The notes under the pieces were generated by a model. It saw only the letters and a list, made by a program, of their open reading frames with translations. It did no database searches and was not told the DNA's origin. A program made the position numbers and the translations under genes. Of a stretch of DNA of 57,327 nucleotides, positions 40,047 to 50,516 are shown piece after piece (position 1 is the first letter of the stretch; each line of letters opens with the position of its first letter). This DNA is from an uncultured Bacteroidota bacterium. GTDB taxonomy: Bacteria; Bacteroidota; Bacteroidia; Bacteroidales; WCHB1-69. The DNA is taken from contig CADBTU010000101.1 of assembly GCA_902797625.1 (NCBI GenBank), positions 1-57,327 of the forward strand, read 5' to 3'.

Positions 40047-41216
40047 TCAATCAGTTAAAAAAATATCAGAAGCTATACCGTCAGCAAACCAAAAACCTTC
40101 TGAAGTTAGATGTATTGTATTATCTATCGTTTTAAAAAAATTATTGCGAACTTTAGTTCTAAAATAATTCTGCAAATATTCAACTTTTTTTGTTTCAAAG
40201 TGCATTTTCATTTCATTTAAATCAATTCCTTTAGAAGTTCTAAGACGCAAGAGAATATATTCATTGAATTTTTCATTAGGAGAAAGTTTCTCAAAATCGT
40301 TAAAAGTGGTGTTATTTTCAATATTTTTGTGATAATCATTCAGAGTTGGGGCATTCCAATATCTTTTATGTCCGTTGAAAGAGTGCGCAGAAACACCAAA
40401 TCCTAAGTAGGGAACACCAAACCAATATGAAGAGTTATGTTTAGATTCAAATCCTAATTTTGCGAAATTAGAGATTTCATAATGCTGAAATCCAGACTGT
40501 TGAGCAAAAGAAACAAGAATATCATATTGCCGTTTTGCAAGTTCTTCATCTAAAGGTTCGAGTTGTTTGTTTTTAACCTTTTTGTATAGTATTGAATTTT
40601 CTTCTAAAGTCAGTGCGTAAGCAGAGAAATGATTGATATCAAGTAATTTAAGTGTGTTAAGTTCTTGTAACCATAAAGTATCGTTTCGCTCATTGATCCC
40701 GTAAATTAAATCTATTGAAATATTTGTAAAACCTGCTTTTTTAGCATTTTTTATGGCATTAGCAGCATCTTTAGAATTGTGTTTTCTACCGAGAAAATTG
40801 AGAATATTATCATCAAAAGATTGTACTCCTATGCTTAATCTGTTTATACCTAATTGTTTCAGTTGTTTACAATATACTTCAGATAGTTGTTCGGGATTAG
40901 CTTCAAATGAAAATTCAATAATATTTTCAGAGTTGTAATTATCCTTAATTGATTTTATAACATGTTCTATTTCATATATTTTCAAAAGAGAAGGAGTGCC
41001 TCCACCAAAGTATATTGTTGAGAAATTTAAATCCTTATTATCGTAGCTTCGTAGGGTTAATTCTTTTGTAAGAGTTTGTAAATATTCCCCTATGATGTTT
41101 TGTTGAGGTGCAGTTTTATGGAGAGAAGAGTGTTTTTTTTTGCATACAATAGAGTAAAAAGCGCAATAAACACACTTTGATCTGCAAAAAGGAATATGTA
41201 TGTAGATACCCGCCAT
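40047..41216 (-). CDS. hemW: Radical SAM heme chaperone HemW (HemN-like)
   Basis: YIHIPFCRSKCVYC, YFGGGTPS, YEISNF, HNSSYW (HNxxYW). Confidence 0.9.
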   Translation of the reverse strand: MAGIYIHIPFCRSKCVYCAFYSIVCKKKHSSLHKTAPQQNIIGEYLQTLTKELTLRSYDNKDLNFSTIYFGGGTPSLLKIYEIEHVIKSIKDNYNSENIIEFSFEANPEQLSEVYCKQLKQLGINRLSIGVQSFDDNILNFLGRKHNSKDAANAIKNAKKAGFTNISIDLIYGINERNDTLWLQELNTLKLLDINHFSAYALTLEENSILYKKVKNKQLEPLDEELAKRQYDILVSFAQQSGFQHYEISNFAKLGFESKHNSSYWFGVPYLGFGVSAHSFNGHKRYWNAPTLNDYHKNIENNTTFNDFEKLSPNEKFNEYILLRLRTSKGIDLNEMKMHFETKKVEYLQNYFRTKVRNNFFKTIDNTIHLTSEGFWFADGIASDIFLTD

Positions 41217-41232
41217 TAAATTTTATTTCTTA

Positions 41233-43026
41233 TCATTTTTCTTGTCCAAATATAAAACTACTAATCGAGTTATCTATGTGAAAATCAACTTTATATAATT
41301 GGAATGTTTTATGTTTAGGAAGATTAGGTAGAACGAAACTGTGCCATAATAGGTGATAGTCTTTATCAGCAATAGAAGGGTTGCTCACGAAAACTTTTTT
41401 ATATTTTGTAGTTTTACCTTTATTGAAAGATTTGTCATTATCGGAAGCTATAGGAGTGATGATAATTTGAAGAGATTTATAGTTTTGAGAGTTAAGGCTG
41501 CCATTAACAAGGAAGTCAATTCTATTTTCCACAACATAAGATCGACTTTTATTCAGCAGTATGATAGAAGAGTCAGCGTTATTATATTTTAAGATATTGT
41601 AGGCTTTCAAGAAGTTAGAAATTCCGTACCCCAATCCATTTTCATTATCAAGAGGCAAATTTATATTTTTGATATTAGGGATATTCACAGGATAGCGGTC
41701 GCCAGCTTTGCGAACAGCTTGCATTATTTGGTAGTTAGATTTATTAGGGAAAGCTTGCCATAGGCAGGCAATCATACCAGCGAGCATTGGGGAAGAAAAA
41801 GAGGTTCCGTTAGCAACTGTAATAATGCCAGCTGGTGTTGAGACAACAGTATTTCGGCCAACGGCGCAGGCATCAGGTTTAGTTCGTCCATCAGCGGTAG
41901 GACCATAAGAGCTAAAGTAGGCGCGTTTTTGTTCAGTGTTGACTGCACCCACAGTGATAATATCTTTAGCATCAGCTGGTGTTCCGATAAATTTCCATTT
42001 TTTACCTCCTTCGTTGCCTGCGCTATTACAAATAATCATTCCTTTAGAGGCTGCGATAGTAGCCGCGCGTGATGCTCTGCTTGTAACACCGTTCAGGTCT
42101 TCATAGCGGCGCTGGTTTACAGTATCGTCGAATGTTGTATAACCTAAAGAAGAGTTAAGAATTTGGCAGCCAAGACTATCTGCATATTCCAACCCAGCCA
42201 CCCAGTTATCCTCTTCAATACGATTTTCACTGCGAGAGTCTTCGGTTTGGCAGATGTTTACCTGTATCATAGGGGCAGTACCCACCAGGATACCAGGGAG
42301 ATAAGATGCAATACACGATAAAACCATCGTTCCGTGTGTGTGTTGGCGCATAGGGTCTTTGTTGGGTTGTACTATGTTGCGTGCTCCCAAAAGCCGATTA
42401 TCTTTACGAAGAATTTTAAAACAAGATATAGTGTCAACATTTTGAAATCCTCCATCTAAAATCATCATCTGCATATTCTCACCGCGATAACCCAAACGAT
42501 GTAGCCAATGCACATTGTTTGCTCTAACTTGAGCGTCAGCTTTTCCATAGTCAAAATCTCCATTTTCTAAAATGTCGGATTGATAAGAAAAGTGTATGTT
42601 GTTTTCAGGATATGGAAACTTATACTCAGGTTCTACAGGTGGTTCAGGTTCTCTCATCAGTATTGTACGTTCAATATGTTTAACAAATTTGAATTTTAAT
42701 ACATTTTCAATAAAATCTTCTCGTTCAGAGTAGATTGTGGCACCGTTCAACCATTTAGAGGTAGTGAAACATCTTGCAGAAGTGTCGAAGGTAAGTATAT
42801 GAGTGATATAATTTGGGTTTACTGGAAGATCTGTTTCGTCTATGCTAATATTGTGAGCATTGCGTAAATCAATAGCGCGTTTTGAAAGAAACTTTTCAGG
42901 TTCTGAGATAGAGTAGGGGGTTCCATACTTGTCGGTAAATTCCACCCAATACTTTGCTGCTGTTTGTCCAAAAGAGTAAGTGAAAGCAGTTATAACAGAA
43001 ATAATTAAAAGAGTCCTTTTTATCAT
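41233..43026 (-). CDS. Secreted S8 (subtilisin-like) serine peptidase
   Basis: Signal peptide; triad ILDGGF, THGT, GTSFSSP; SAGNEG. Confidence 0.93.
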   Translation of the reverse strand: MIKRTLLIISVITAFTYSFGQTAAKYWVEFTDKYGTPYSISEPEKFLSKRAIDLRNAHNISIDETDLPVNPNYITHILTFDTSARCFTTSKWLNGATIYSEREDFIENVLKFKFVKHIERTILMREPEPPVEPEYKFPYPENNIHFSYQSDILENGDFDYGKADAQVRANNVHWLHRLGYRGENMQMMILDGGFQNVDTISCFKILRKDNRLLGARNIVQPNKDPMRQHTHGTMVLSCIASYLPGILVGTAPMIQVNICQTEDSRSENRIEEDNWVAGLEYADSLGCQILNSSLGYTTFDDTVNQRRYEDLNGVTSRASRAATIAASKGMIICNSAGNEGGKKWKFIGTPADAKDIITVGAVNTEQKRAYFSSYGPTADGRTKPDACAVGRNTVVSTPAGIITVANGTSFSSPMLAGMIACLWQAFPNKSNYQIMQAVRKAGDRYPVNIPNIKNINLPLDNENGLGYGISNFLKAYNILKYNNADSSIILLNKSRSYVVENRIDFLVNGSLNSQNYKSLQIIITPIASDNDKSFNKGKTTKYKKVFVSNPSIADKDYHLLWHSFVLPNLPKHKTFQLYKVDFHIDNSISSFIFGQEK

Positions 43027-43047
43027 AGTTTCGATATTTATTACAAT

Positions 43048-44574
43048 TTATTTTTCAGAAAATAATATCAAGGGTGCGAAGATTGTGTACAGCAATCTGC
43101 CTGTTTGAGCGTTTAGAGTATCTTCTACGATCATAGATAGAATAATAGTTAGTATCAATGCAAAATAAACAAAGTTGATTTTGTCAGGTATTCCAACGAA
43201 AGGGTAAATAAGTATAAAAACGAAATAAATAAGAGTAAGTATCCCAGATGTAAGCCAGAAAGTGATAAATTGATTATGGCTTCCGCGATCCTTTTTTTTG
43301 TGGGCAATAGGAGAATTTATTTTTTCCAAACGTTTGTCTAATGCAGCACGTTGATTGCCTATACCCACACCAAAAATATAGTTTTCTTTTATTAAACCCC
43401 AAGAAGCTTTCCAGAGTTCAAAGCGCTGAAGCAGAGAAGATTCTGTGTATATATTGTATTTATTGTATAAAGTAAACCCAAAAAATGTTTGGTAGAGAGC
43501 TTTTTTAGTGCTAAAAAATTTAGTATATTCGATGTTTGCAAACTTTTGTTCAATATTTTTTATATCCTTATCGGTTAGGCTCATTACTGCGGCAGAATCT
43601 TTGTGTAAACCTTTGGAGTTTAAGTATCTTATTAGAGTATTGGAAATATCACTATTATAGGTTGAGTCAGAGCGAAAATTCCAAGCAGTTTTTAATTCTT
43701 CTTCACAAACATAATATCCTATATAATATCCGTTTTCAATTATAGAAGAATTATCGAAATTATAAGTCCTTCCTGCAGCAGTAACTGATGAATAGTTCGG
43801 AACGGCTTCTTTTGGACGAAAGTAACTGATTGTTATTAAGCAAAAATATAGTGAAGAAACTAATAATATTGTAGAGATTGCAGTAATGGAAATAGTTTTA
43901 GTTTTTTTGTTTTTAATTTTGAAAGATAGATAAAATATAAAAGATAATGTTATGAAGAAAAGGATTACAATTCCTGATAAAGTTTGTGAGAATAGTAGAT
44001 AAATTAGAAGTAAAAATGCGCAAAGAGAGTATAAAAGTGAAAGTTTTTTATTGCAGTTTCTGAGTTTTATTGCGTAGAAACAGCAAAAAACAATGGAAAT
44101 GACAACGCATAGACCAAATCTTATATGGTCAATAAATCTTGAAATGGCTCTAAAATCCCAAAAATTATGGGTCAAAGCATATATTGTATTCCAAAGACAA
44201 CCGAAAATTGTAGCTAAGATAAAAACCGTGAGAATTACTTGTAATTCTTTGTTTTTTAGTTGTTTAGATGAGATGATTATAATAGGTGCCAATAAAAATG
44301 TTATCTTAGAAAGCATTTCGTTGCTTGCAGCTTTAAAATCCGTTGCGTTGAAAAGTCCTATTGCAAAAACTATGTAGAAAGCGGAAAATAGTAGAAATTG
44401 GCGATTGTTAACCATTCTTTTCCATTTTTCATTCCAATTCCACTCTGCTATCCAATTTAAGAATATGATAAAGCAAGACAGTCCCATCAAAAAGTGCGAC
44501 AAAGGTAGCGATGCGGCAAGCACAATTGTTGCTAAAAGGTAGAAAGATTGATGAAACTGTTGTCGAGAAATCAT
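43048..44574 (-). CDS. O-antigen ligase / Wzy_C-like membrane protein
   Basis: About 12 TM helices, large periplasmic loop, R..LW...FGVGIG, SHNQF. Confidence 0.82.
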   Translation of the reverse strand: MISRQQFHQSFYLLATIVLAASLPLSHFLMGLSCFIIFLNWIAEWNWNEKWKRMVNNRQFLLFSAFYIVFAIGLFNATDFKAASNEMLSKITFLLAPIIIISSKQLKNKELQVILTVFILATIFGCLWNTIYALTHNFWDFRAISRFIDHIRFGLCVVISIVFCCFYAIKLRNCNKKLSLLYSLCAFLLLIYLLFSQTLSGIVILFFITLSFIFYLSFKIKNKKTKTISITAISTILLVSSLYFCLITISYFRPKEAVPNYSSVTAAGRTYNFDNSSIIENGYYIGYYVCEEELKTAWNFRSDSTYNSDISNTLIRYLNSKGLHKDSAAVMSLTDKDIKNIEQKFANIEYTKFFSTKKALYQTFFGFTLYNKYNIYTESSLLQRFELWKASWGLIKENYIFGVGIGNQRAALDKRLEKINSPIAHKKKDRGSHNQFITFWLTSGILTLIYFVFILIYPFVGIPDKINFVYFALILTIILSMIVEDTLNAQTGRLLYTIFAPLILFSEK

Positions 44575-46226
44575 TATTGTTGCGGCGAGAGAATTTTGTT
44601 GTATCGATTTGAATCAAGAAGAATATTTTTTGCAATCTTGATATACTCGTCGTTATGCAAACTATTGATCAGTTTACCAGTAGAGTAGTAATATCTTGAA
44701 ACAATTTCTTGAGTTAGGTAATGTTTTATCTCATCTTTATTTTTTTTCAGTTCTATGTTTTTCAATAGTTCAATCTGTTTTTTGAGCTCATCAAGTGAAT
44801 TTTTAAGTTCATTGAGTTGGTTTTTCTCTTTAGCTATTTTAACAAGTTGATTATAAATATCTTCCACTGAGGATTCAAATTTAAAATCTCTATTTTCTAA
44901 AAACTGAAGAAATTCGTTATAGGTTGTTTCATCTATAGAGAAATCATTAGGATCACTAATTGAAGAATGTTTTGAGAAATATAGGTTTGCGAAGTCGAAA
45001 ATAGCGTAAGAGTTGATTAGTGAAGCGAGAATTTCAGACATTTCGTTTTCATCTACGAGAATATCAGGTTCTACACCACCTTTATCATAAACAACACGAT
45101 TATTCTTTGTTTTGTAAGCAATAGCCAATGAATCAGGTATATGAAAAGCACCTTTTGTTGTATCAGCACCAAAGTACTCAATATTCTGCACGCATCTGCC
45201 GCTTGGAATGTAGTATTTAGAAACAGTGATTTTCATACTTGTGTTATAATCCATCGGATAAACTTTTTGAACCAAACCTTTACCAAAAGTTTTCTTTCCT
45301 ACTATAACAGCGCGGTCGAGGTCTTGAAGAGCCCCTGAAAGGATTTCGGAGGCGGAAGCACTATTATCATTAACTAAAACCACAATAGGAATGTTTTTGT
45401 CGATAGGCGTGTTTTGAGTTTTGTAAGAGTTATTCATCTCAGAGATTTTACCTTTGGTTTCAACTATTTTAATATTTTGGTCAACAAAAAGATTGACAAT
45501 ATTTACCGCTTCATTGAGAAGTCCGCCGCCGTTGTCGCGAAGGTCAATGATAAGATATTTCATACCTTCGCCTTTTAGTTTGTTGTAAGCTTCAAAAACA
45601 TCTTTGCTTACAGTAGGTTCCATAAAAGTGCTAAGTTTAATATATCCAATATTGTTGTCTAAAATTCCTGAATATGGCACACAAGGAGTTTTGATTTTTT
45701 TACGTTTTATGCTGAAAACGTGTGTGGTTTTGTCGGTTTTGCGAAAAATTTCCACCTTACAAGTGCTGTTAGGTTCTCCTCTAAGCGACATTTTTACCTC
45801 TTCTGGAGTACGATTTTTGGTTGTTTTGCCATTAACGTTGATTACAATATCACCAACTTGCAAACCAGCTTCTAACGAGGGGCTATTTTCAGTTAAGTTA
45901 GTGATTACTAAATCGGTACCAATTTTTTCCATAGAGAGATCTATATCGCCATAGTCGCTTGATTGAAAAATACGCGCATCCTCAACCATTGATTCAGGAT
46001 AAAAAACTGTGTAAGGGTCTAAACTATTTAGCATAGCCTTAATAGCAGTTTGTGTTAAGTTTCCAGGAGATATTTCATCGGCATATTTGTCGTTTAGTTC
46101 ATTGAGAACACTAATAAAAATATCAACGTTTTTTGCTATTTCGAAGTCGTTTTGTGCAATAGTTATCTTAGAATTGCCTAAAAGAAGTGTTAAAAATGTA
46201 ATTGAGAGTATCTTTATTCTATTCAT
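44574..46226 (-). CDS. S41A C-terminal processing peptidase (CtpA/Prc-like)
   Basis: LDPYT, PDZ domain, IDLRDNGGGLL, SASASEI, TFGKGLVQ. ATG 46226 preferred. Confidence 0.94.
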   Translation of the reverse strand: MNRIKILSITFLTLLLGNSKITIAQNDFEIAKNVDIFISVLNELNDKYADEISPGNLTQTAIKAMLNSLDPYTVFYPESMVEDARIFQSSDYGDIDLSMEKIGTDLVITNLTENSPSLEAGLQVGDIVINVNGKTTKNRTPEEVKMSLRGEPNSTCKVEIFRKTDKTTHVFSIKRKKIKTPCVPYSGILDNNIGYIKLSTFMEPTVSKDVFEAYNKLKGEGMKYLIIDLRDNGGGLLNEAVNIVNLFVDQNIKIVETKGKISEMNNSYKTQNTPIDKNIPIVVLVNDNSASASEILSGALQDLDRAVIVGKKTFGKGLVQKVYPMDYNTSMKITVSKYYIPSGRCVQNIEYFGADTTKGAFHIPDSLAIAYKTKNNRVVYDKGGVEPDILVDENEMSEILASLINSYAIFDFANLYFSKHSSISDPNDFSIDETTYNEFLQFLENRDFKFESSVEDIYNQLVKIAKEKNQLNELKNSLDELKKQIELLKNIELKKNKDEIKHYLTQEIVSRYYYSTGKLINSLHNDEYIKIAKNILLDSNRYNKILSPQQ

Positions 46227-46275
46227 ATAAATTGGTATCAAAAAGTTTGATAAAAAACGTAATAAATTCGGACTG

Positions 46276-46311
46276 CAAAAATAATAAAAACAAAGATTTT
46301 TTTTATCTTTG
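46276..46311. promoter_or_regulatory. Divergent promoters for the S41 operon (-) and the nrnA operon (+)
   Basis: TATTTTTG on minus (46276-46283) and TATCTTTG on plus (46304-46311). Confidence 0.7.
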
Positions 46312-46331
46312 CGCTTTCAAAATTCTCTGCA

Positions 46332-47345
46332 TTGGATACTAAAGATATACAACAGTTTAAGAATGCGCTAAAAAAGACAAAAACGATAACTATTGTTTTT
46401 CATTTCAACCCAGATGGAGACGCATTAGGAAGTGCATTGGCACTATATAATTATTTCAAAGATGCGAAATACGAAGTTTCAGTTATTTCGCCAAATCCAT
46501 TTCCAAGTTTTTTAGGATGGATGCCAGGTGCAGACAAGATAGTTGTTGCGCAAGAGAATTTAACCGAAGCGCGCAAACTTATCAAAAATGCTGATATTTT
46601 GTTTGTGGTTGATATGAACTCGCCGCGCCGCGCAGGACAAGATTTACAAAATGCTATTGTAAAAACTAATGCTTTTAAAGTTTTAATAGATCACCATGTT
46701 CAGCCTGAAATAAAGTGTGATATAATGTATTCTACAAATATGACAACTTCAGCATCAGAGCTTGTATTTAACTTTTTGTATAAGTTCTATTCTCCTCGAA
46801 AAAAAATAACCAAAGAGATAGCTGAGTGTTTATATGTTGGAGTAATTACCGACACAGGCTCAATGTCGTATTCATGTGATTATCCAGAATCATATAATGT
46901 CTTGCGAATACTTATATCGTCAGGTATCAATGGAGAGGAAATACACAGAAAAGTTTACGATAATTATACTGAAAGTAGGATGAAATTATTAGGACTTGCT
47001 TTGTCGCAACGTTTGGTGGTGATTCCTGAATTAGGTGTTTCTTATATGTATCTTACAAAGAAAGACCTTAAAGAAAATGGTTTTCAGATTGGCGACACAG
47101 AAGGATTTGTGAACTATGGTTTGTCGTTAGCCTCAGTCCACTATACAGCTTTTTTTACGGAGAGAGATAATAGAATTAGAGTTTCATTTCGTTCTAAGGG
47201 TATAGTTGATGTAAATGTTTTTGCTCGCAAATATTTTGAAGGCGGAGGACACGCTAACGCAGCTGGTGCGTTTTTCCATGGAACTATGGAAGAAGCTATT
47301 GCTCATTTCGAAAAATCAGTTCGTGAAAATGCAGCAATTCTTTAA
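46332..47345 (+). CDS. nrnA: DHH-family oligoribonuclease / pAp phosphatase NrnA (TTG start)
   Basis: H.NPDGDALGS, IDHH, TDTG, SFRS, GGGH..AAG. Confidence 0.9.
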   Translation: MDTKDIQQFKNALKKTKTITIVFHFNPDGDALGSALALYNYFKDAKYEVSVISPNPFPSFLGWMPGADKIVVAQENLTEARKLIKNADILFVVDMNSPRRAGQDLQNAIVKTNAFKVLIDHHVQPEIKCDIMYSTNMTTSASELVFNFLYKFYSPRKKITKEIAECLYVGVITDTGSMSYSCDYPESYNVLRILISSGINGEEIHRKVYDNYTESRMKLLGLALSQRLVVIPELGVSYMYLTKKDLKENGFQIGDTEGFVNYGLSLASVHYTAFFTERDNRIRVSFRSKGIVDVNVFARKYFEGGGHANAAGAFFHGTMEEAIAHFEKSVRENAAIL

Positions 47346-47910
47346 AAAATACTTTGTTATATTTTTGGGATGTGCTTCTATGCTTATTTCGTGTAATAAC
47401 CATCCAACAGGTGTAGTGGTTAAAGACTCCGAAAATGTATCAGAAGATAAAACAGCACCATACGTAGAAGGCAATAAGAACATTATGCGTCGCGAAAACG
47501 AAGAGATGCAGATGTTTATTTCTCGATATGGTTTTCAAATGGAACGTAGCGGAACAGGATTGTATTACAAAATTATTGATGAAGGTGTAGGTAAAACCTT
47601 TGTAGAAGGCGATCGTGTTACTATGAAATATTCTACATTTCTACTTTCTGGTGAAAAAATATATGATTCTGACTCTCTTGGCATAAAATCATTTATCGTT
47701 AATAGATCAGAGGAAATTGATGCTTTGCACGAAATTTCTCATAAGTTAAGAAAAAATGCATCAGCAATTTTGGTTATACCTTCATATCTGGCGTATGGTG
47801 TTGCGGGTGATGGAGATAAAATTGCTGGTTTGCAACCACTTGTGATGACTGTTAGCGTTGTTGATAATTCAAAGTATAATCAGATTTCTCATATAGTTAA
47901 TTTTGATTAA
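47329..47910 (+). CDS. FKBP-type PPIase lipoprotein (GldI-like position)
   Basis: Lipobox LISC from ATG 47329; TGLYY.I..EG.G, IPSYLAYG..GDG.KI. Confidence 0.85.
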   Translation: MQQFFKKYFVIFLGCASMLISCNNHPTGVVVKDSENVSEDKTAPYVEGNKNIMRRENEEMQMFISRYGFQMERSGTGLYYKIIDEGVGKTFVEGDRVTMKYSTFLLSGEKIYDSDSLGIKSFIVNRSEEIDALHEISHKLRKNASAILVIPSYLAYGVAGDGDKIAGLQPLVMTVSVVDNSKYNQISHIVNFD

Positions 47911-47921
47911 TTTTTTTAATA

Positions 47922-48782
47922 ATGTTCAAGTTGTTCAAGTTGTCTCTGTTATCTATAGTGTTAATCTTGGGGTTTACTCAGATTTCATGTAATAAATATG
48001 ATGGTTTTAAGAAAGATTCATCAGGATTCTATTATAAACATTATGAGCAGCATAACGACTTACCTAAGCCTGATATAGGAGATTTTGTTGAGATAAATAT
48101 TGCTTTCTATACTCGAAATCAGGAGCTTTCCCCAATGACTTTAAATAGTATGACTATTGATGAAAGTCTATATAGAGGAGATCTTTATGAAGCTTTGAAG
48201 AAAATGCATCTCGGAGATAGTGCTACATTTATATTCAAGGGGAGAAAATTATATGAAGAGTTTTTGAATATGGGCGATTACCCTTACGGGAATGAACCTA
48301 TCTTTGCAGATGTTAAGATGCGAAAGGTAATGTCTCGGAGTAAGATTGAACTTGCTGAGGAGAATTATAAAGAGAATAAAAAACGAATGCGTCAAATTGA
48401 AGATTCTATTATTTTAGACTATGTTGTAGAGCATAGAATAGAGCTTAAGAAAAATGGAATCTACAGAATTGTAAATAGAAAAACTGATGGAGAAAAACCC
48501 AGTAAGGGTAATACTGTAGAGATTTTATATCATTCATATTTTCTTGATGGTAGAGAATATGAGAGCGTAATAGATCCCAACAATCCTTGTCGTTTTGAAA
48601 TAGGAAAAGGACAAGTAGCATTAGGTGTAGAAGAAGTTATTCAAGAGATAAGATTAGGGGAAGACGTTACGTGTGTAATACCGTCACGCAAGGCCTTTGG
48701 GGAATTGGGTAGCGAACAGTTAAAAATTCCTCCTTATACTCCTATGGTTTATAGAATTGAACTTTTGCGAATCCTCAAATAA
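47922..48782 (+). CDS. Tandem-domain FKBP-type PPIase lipoprotein
   Basis: Lipobox QISC; SGFYY, GDSATF, IPSRKAFG..G....IPPYTP. Confidence 0.85.
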   Translation: MFKLFKLSLLSIVLILGFTQISCNKYDGFKKDSSGFYYKHYEQHNDLPKPDIGDFVEINIAFYTRNQELSPMTLNSMTIDESLYRGDLYEALKKMHLGDSATFIFKGRKLYEEFLNMGDYPYGNEPIFADVKMRKVMSRSKIELAEENYKENKKRMRQIEDSIILDYVVEHRIELKKNGIYRIVNRKTDGEKPSKGNTVEILYHSYFLDGREYESVIDPNNPCRFEIGKGQVALGVEEVIQEIRLGEDVTCVIPSRKAFGELGSEQLKIPPYTPMVYRIELLRILK

Positions 48783-48827
48783 TAGTTTTTTTGTATATTC
48801 GCGCCGTTTTTATATAATCAACATTAA

Positions 48828-50129
<1,302 letters not shown>

Positions 50130-50154
50130 AATATTTTAATACAAAATATTATTT

Positions 50155-50186
50155 GGGCAGTCAAGTGAAATTGGCTGCCTTTTTTT
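50155..50186 (+). terminator. Intrinsic terminator of eno
   Basis: GGCAGTCAA-gtgaaa-TTGGCTGCC followed by T7. Confidence 0.8.
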
Positions 50187-50198
50187 CGTAATAATTTG

Positions 50199-50206
50199 TA
50201 TTTTTG
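50199..50206 (+). promoter_or_regulatory. -7 promoter box (TATTTTTG)
   Basis: Exact TAnnTTTG 20 nt upstream of ATG 50227. Confidence 0.65.
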
Positions 50207-50226
50207 CCGCTGTTTTGTAAAACGTT

Positions 50227-50511
50227 ATGAATGTAAGTGTTTTTGAAATCTTAATGCTGTTGTGTTTTGCCTGTAGTTGGCCAGTGTCAATTGCTAAAGC
50301 TCTTAAAACAAAAGTTGTTATAGGCAAAAGTCCTATCTTTATGGGAATAATTATAGTGGGTTATCTGTTCGGTATTATCCACAAATTGCTATATAGTAAC
50401 GATTGTGTGGTCTATTTGTACCTATTTAATCTTTTGATAGTTTCATTCGATCTTTTTTTGTATTTTAAATATATCGGGCAAAATCGCCGCGATTTGAAAT
50501 CTTCACAATAG
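50227..50511 (+). CDS. Small 3-TM protein, PQ-loop/SemiSWEET-like
   Basis: FE..ML.CF..SWP.SI.K..KTK...GKS pattern and three hydrophobic helices. Confidence 0.65.
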   Translation: MNVSVFEILMLLCFACSWPVSIAKALKTKVVIGKSPIFMGIIIVGYLFGIIHKLLYSNDCVVYLYLFNLLIVSFDLFLYFKYIGQNRRDLKSSQ

Positions 50512-50516
50512 ATACA

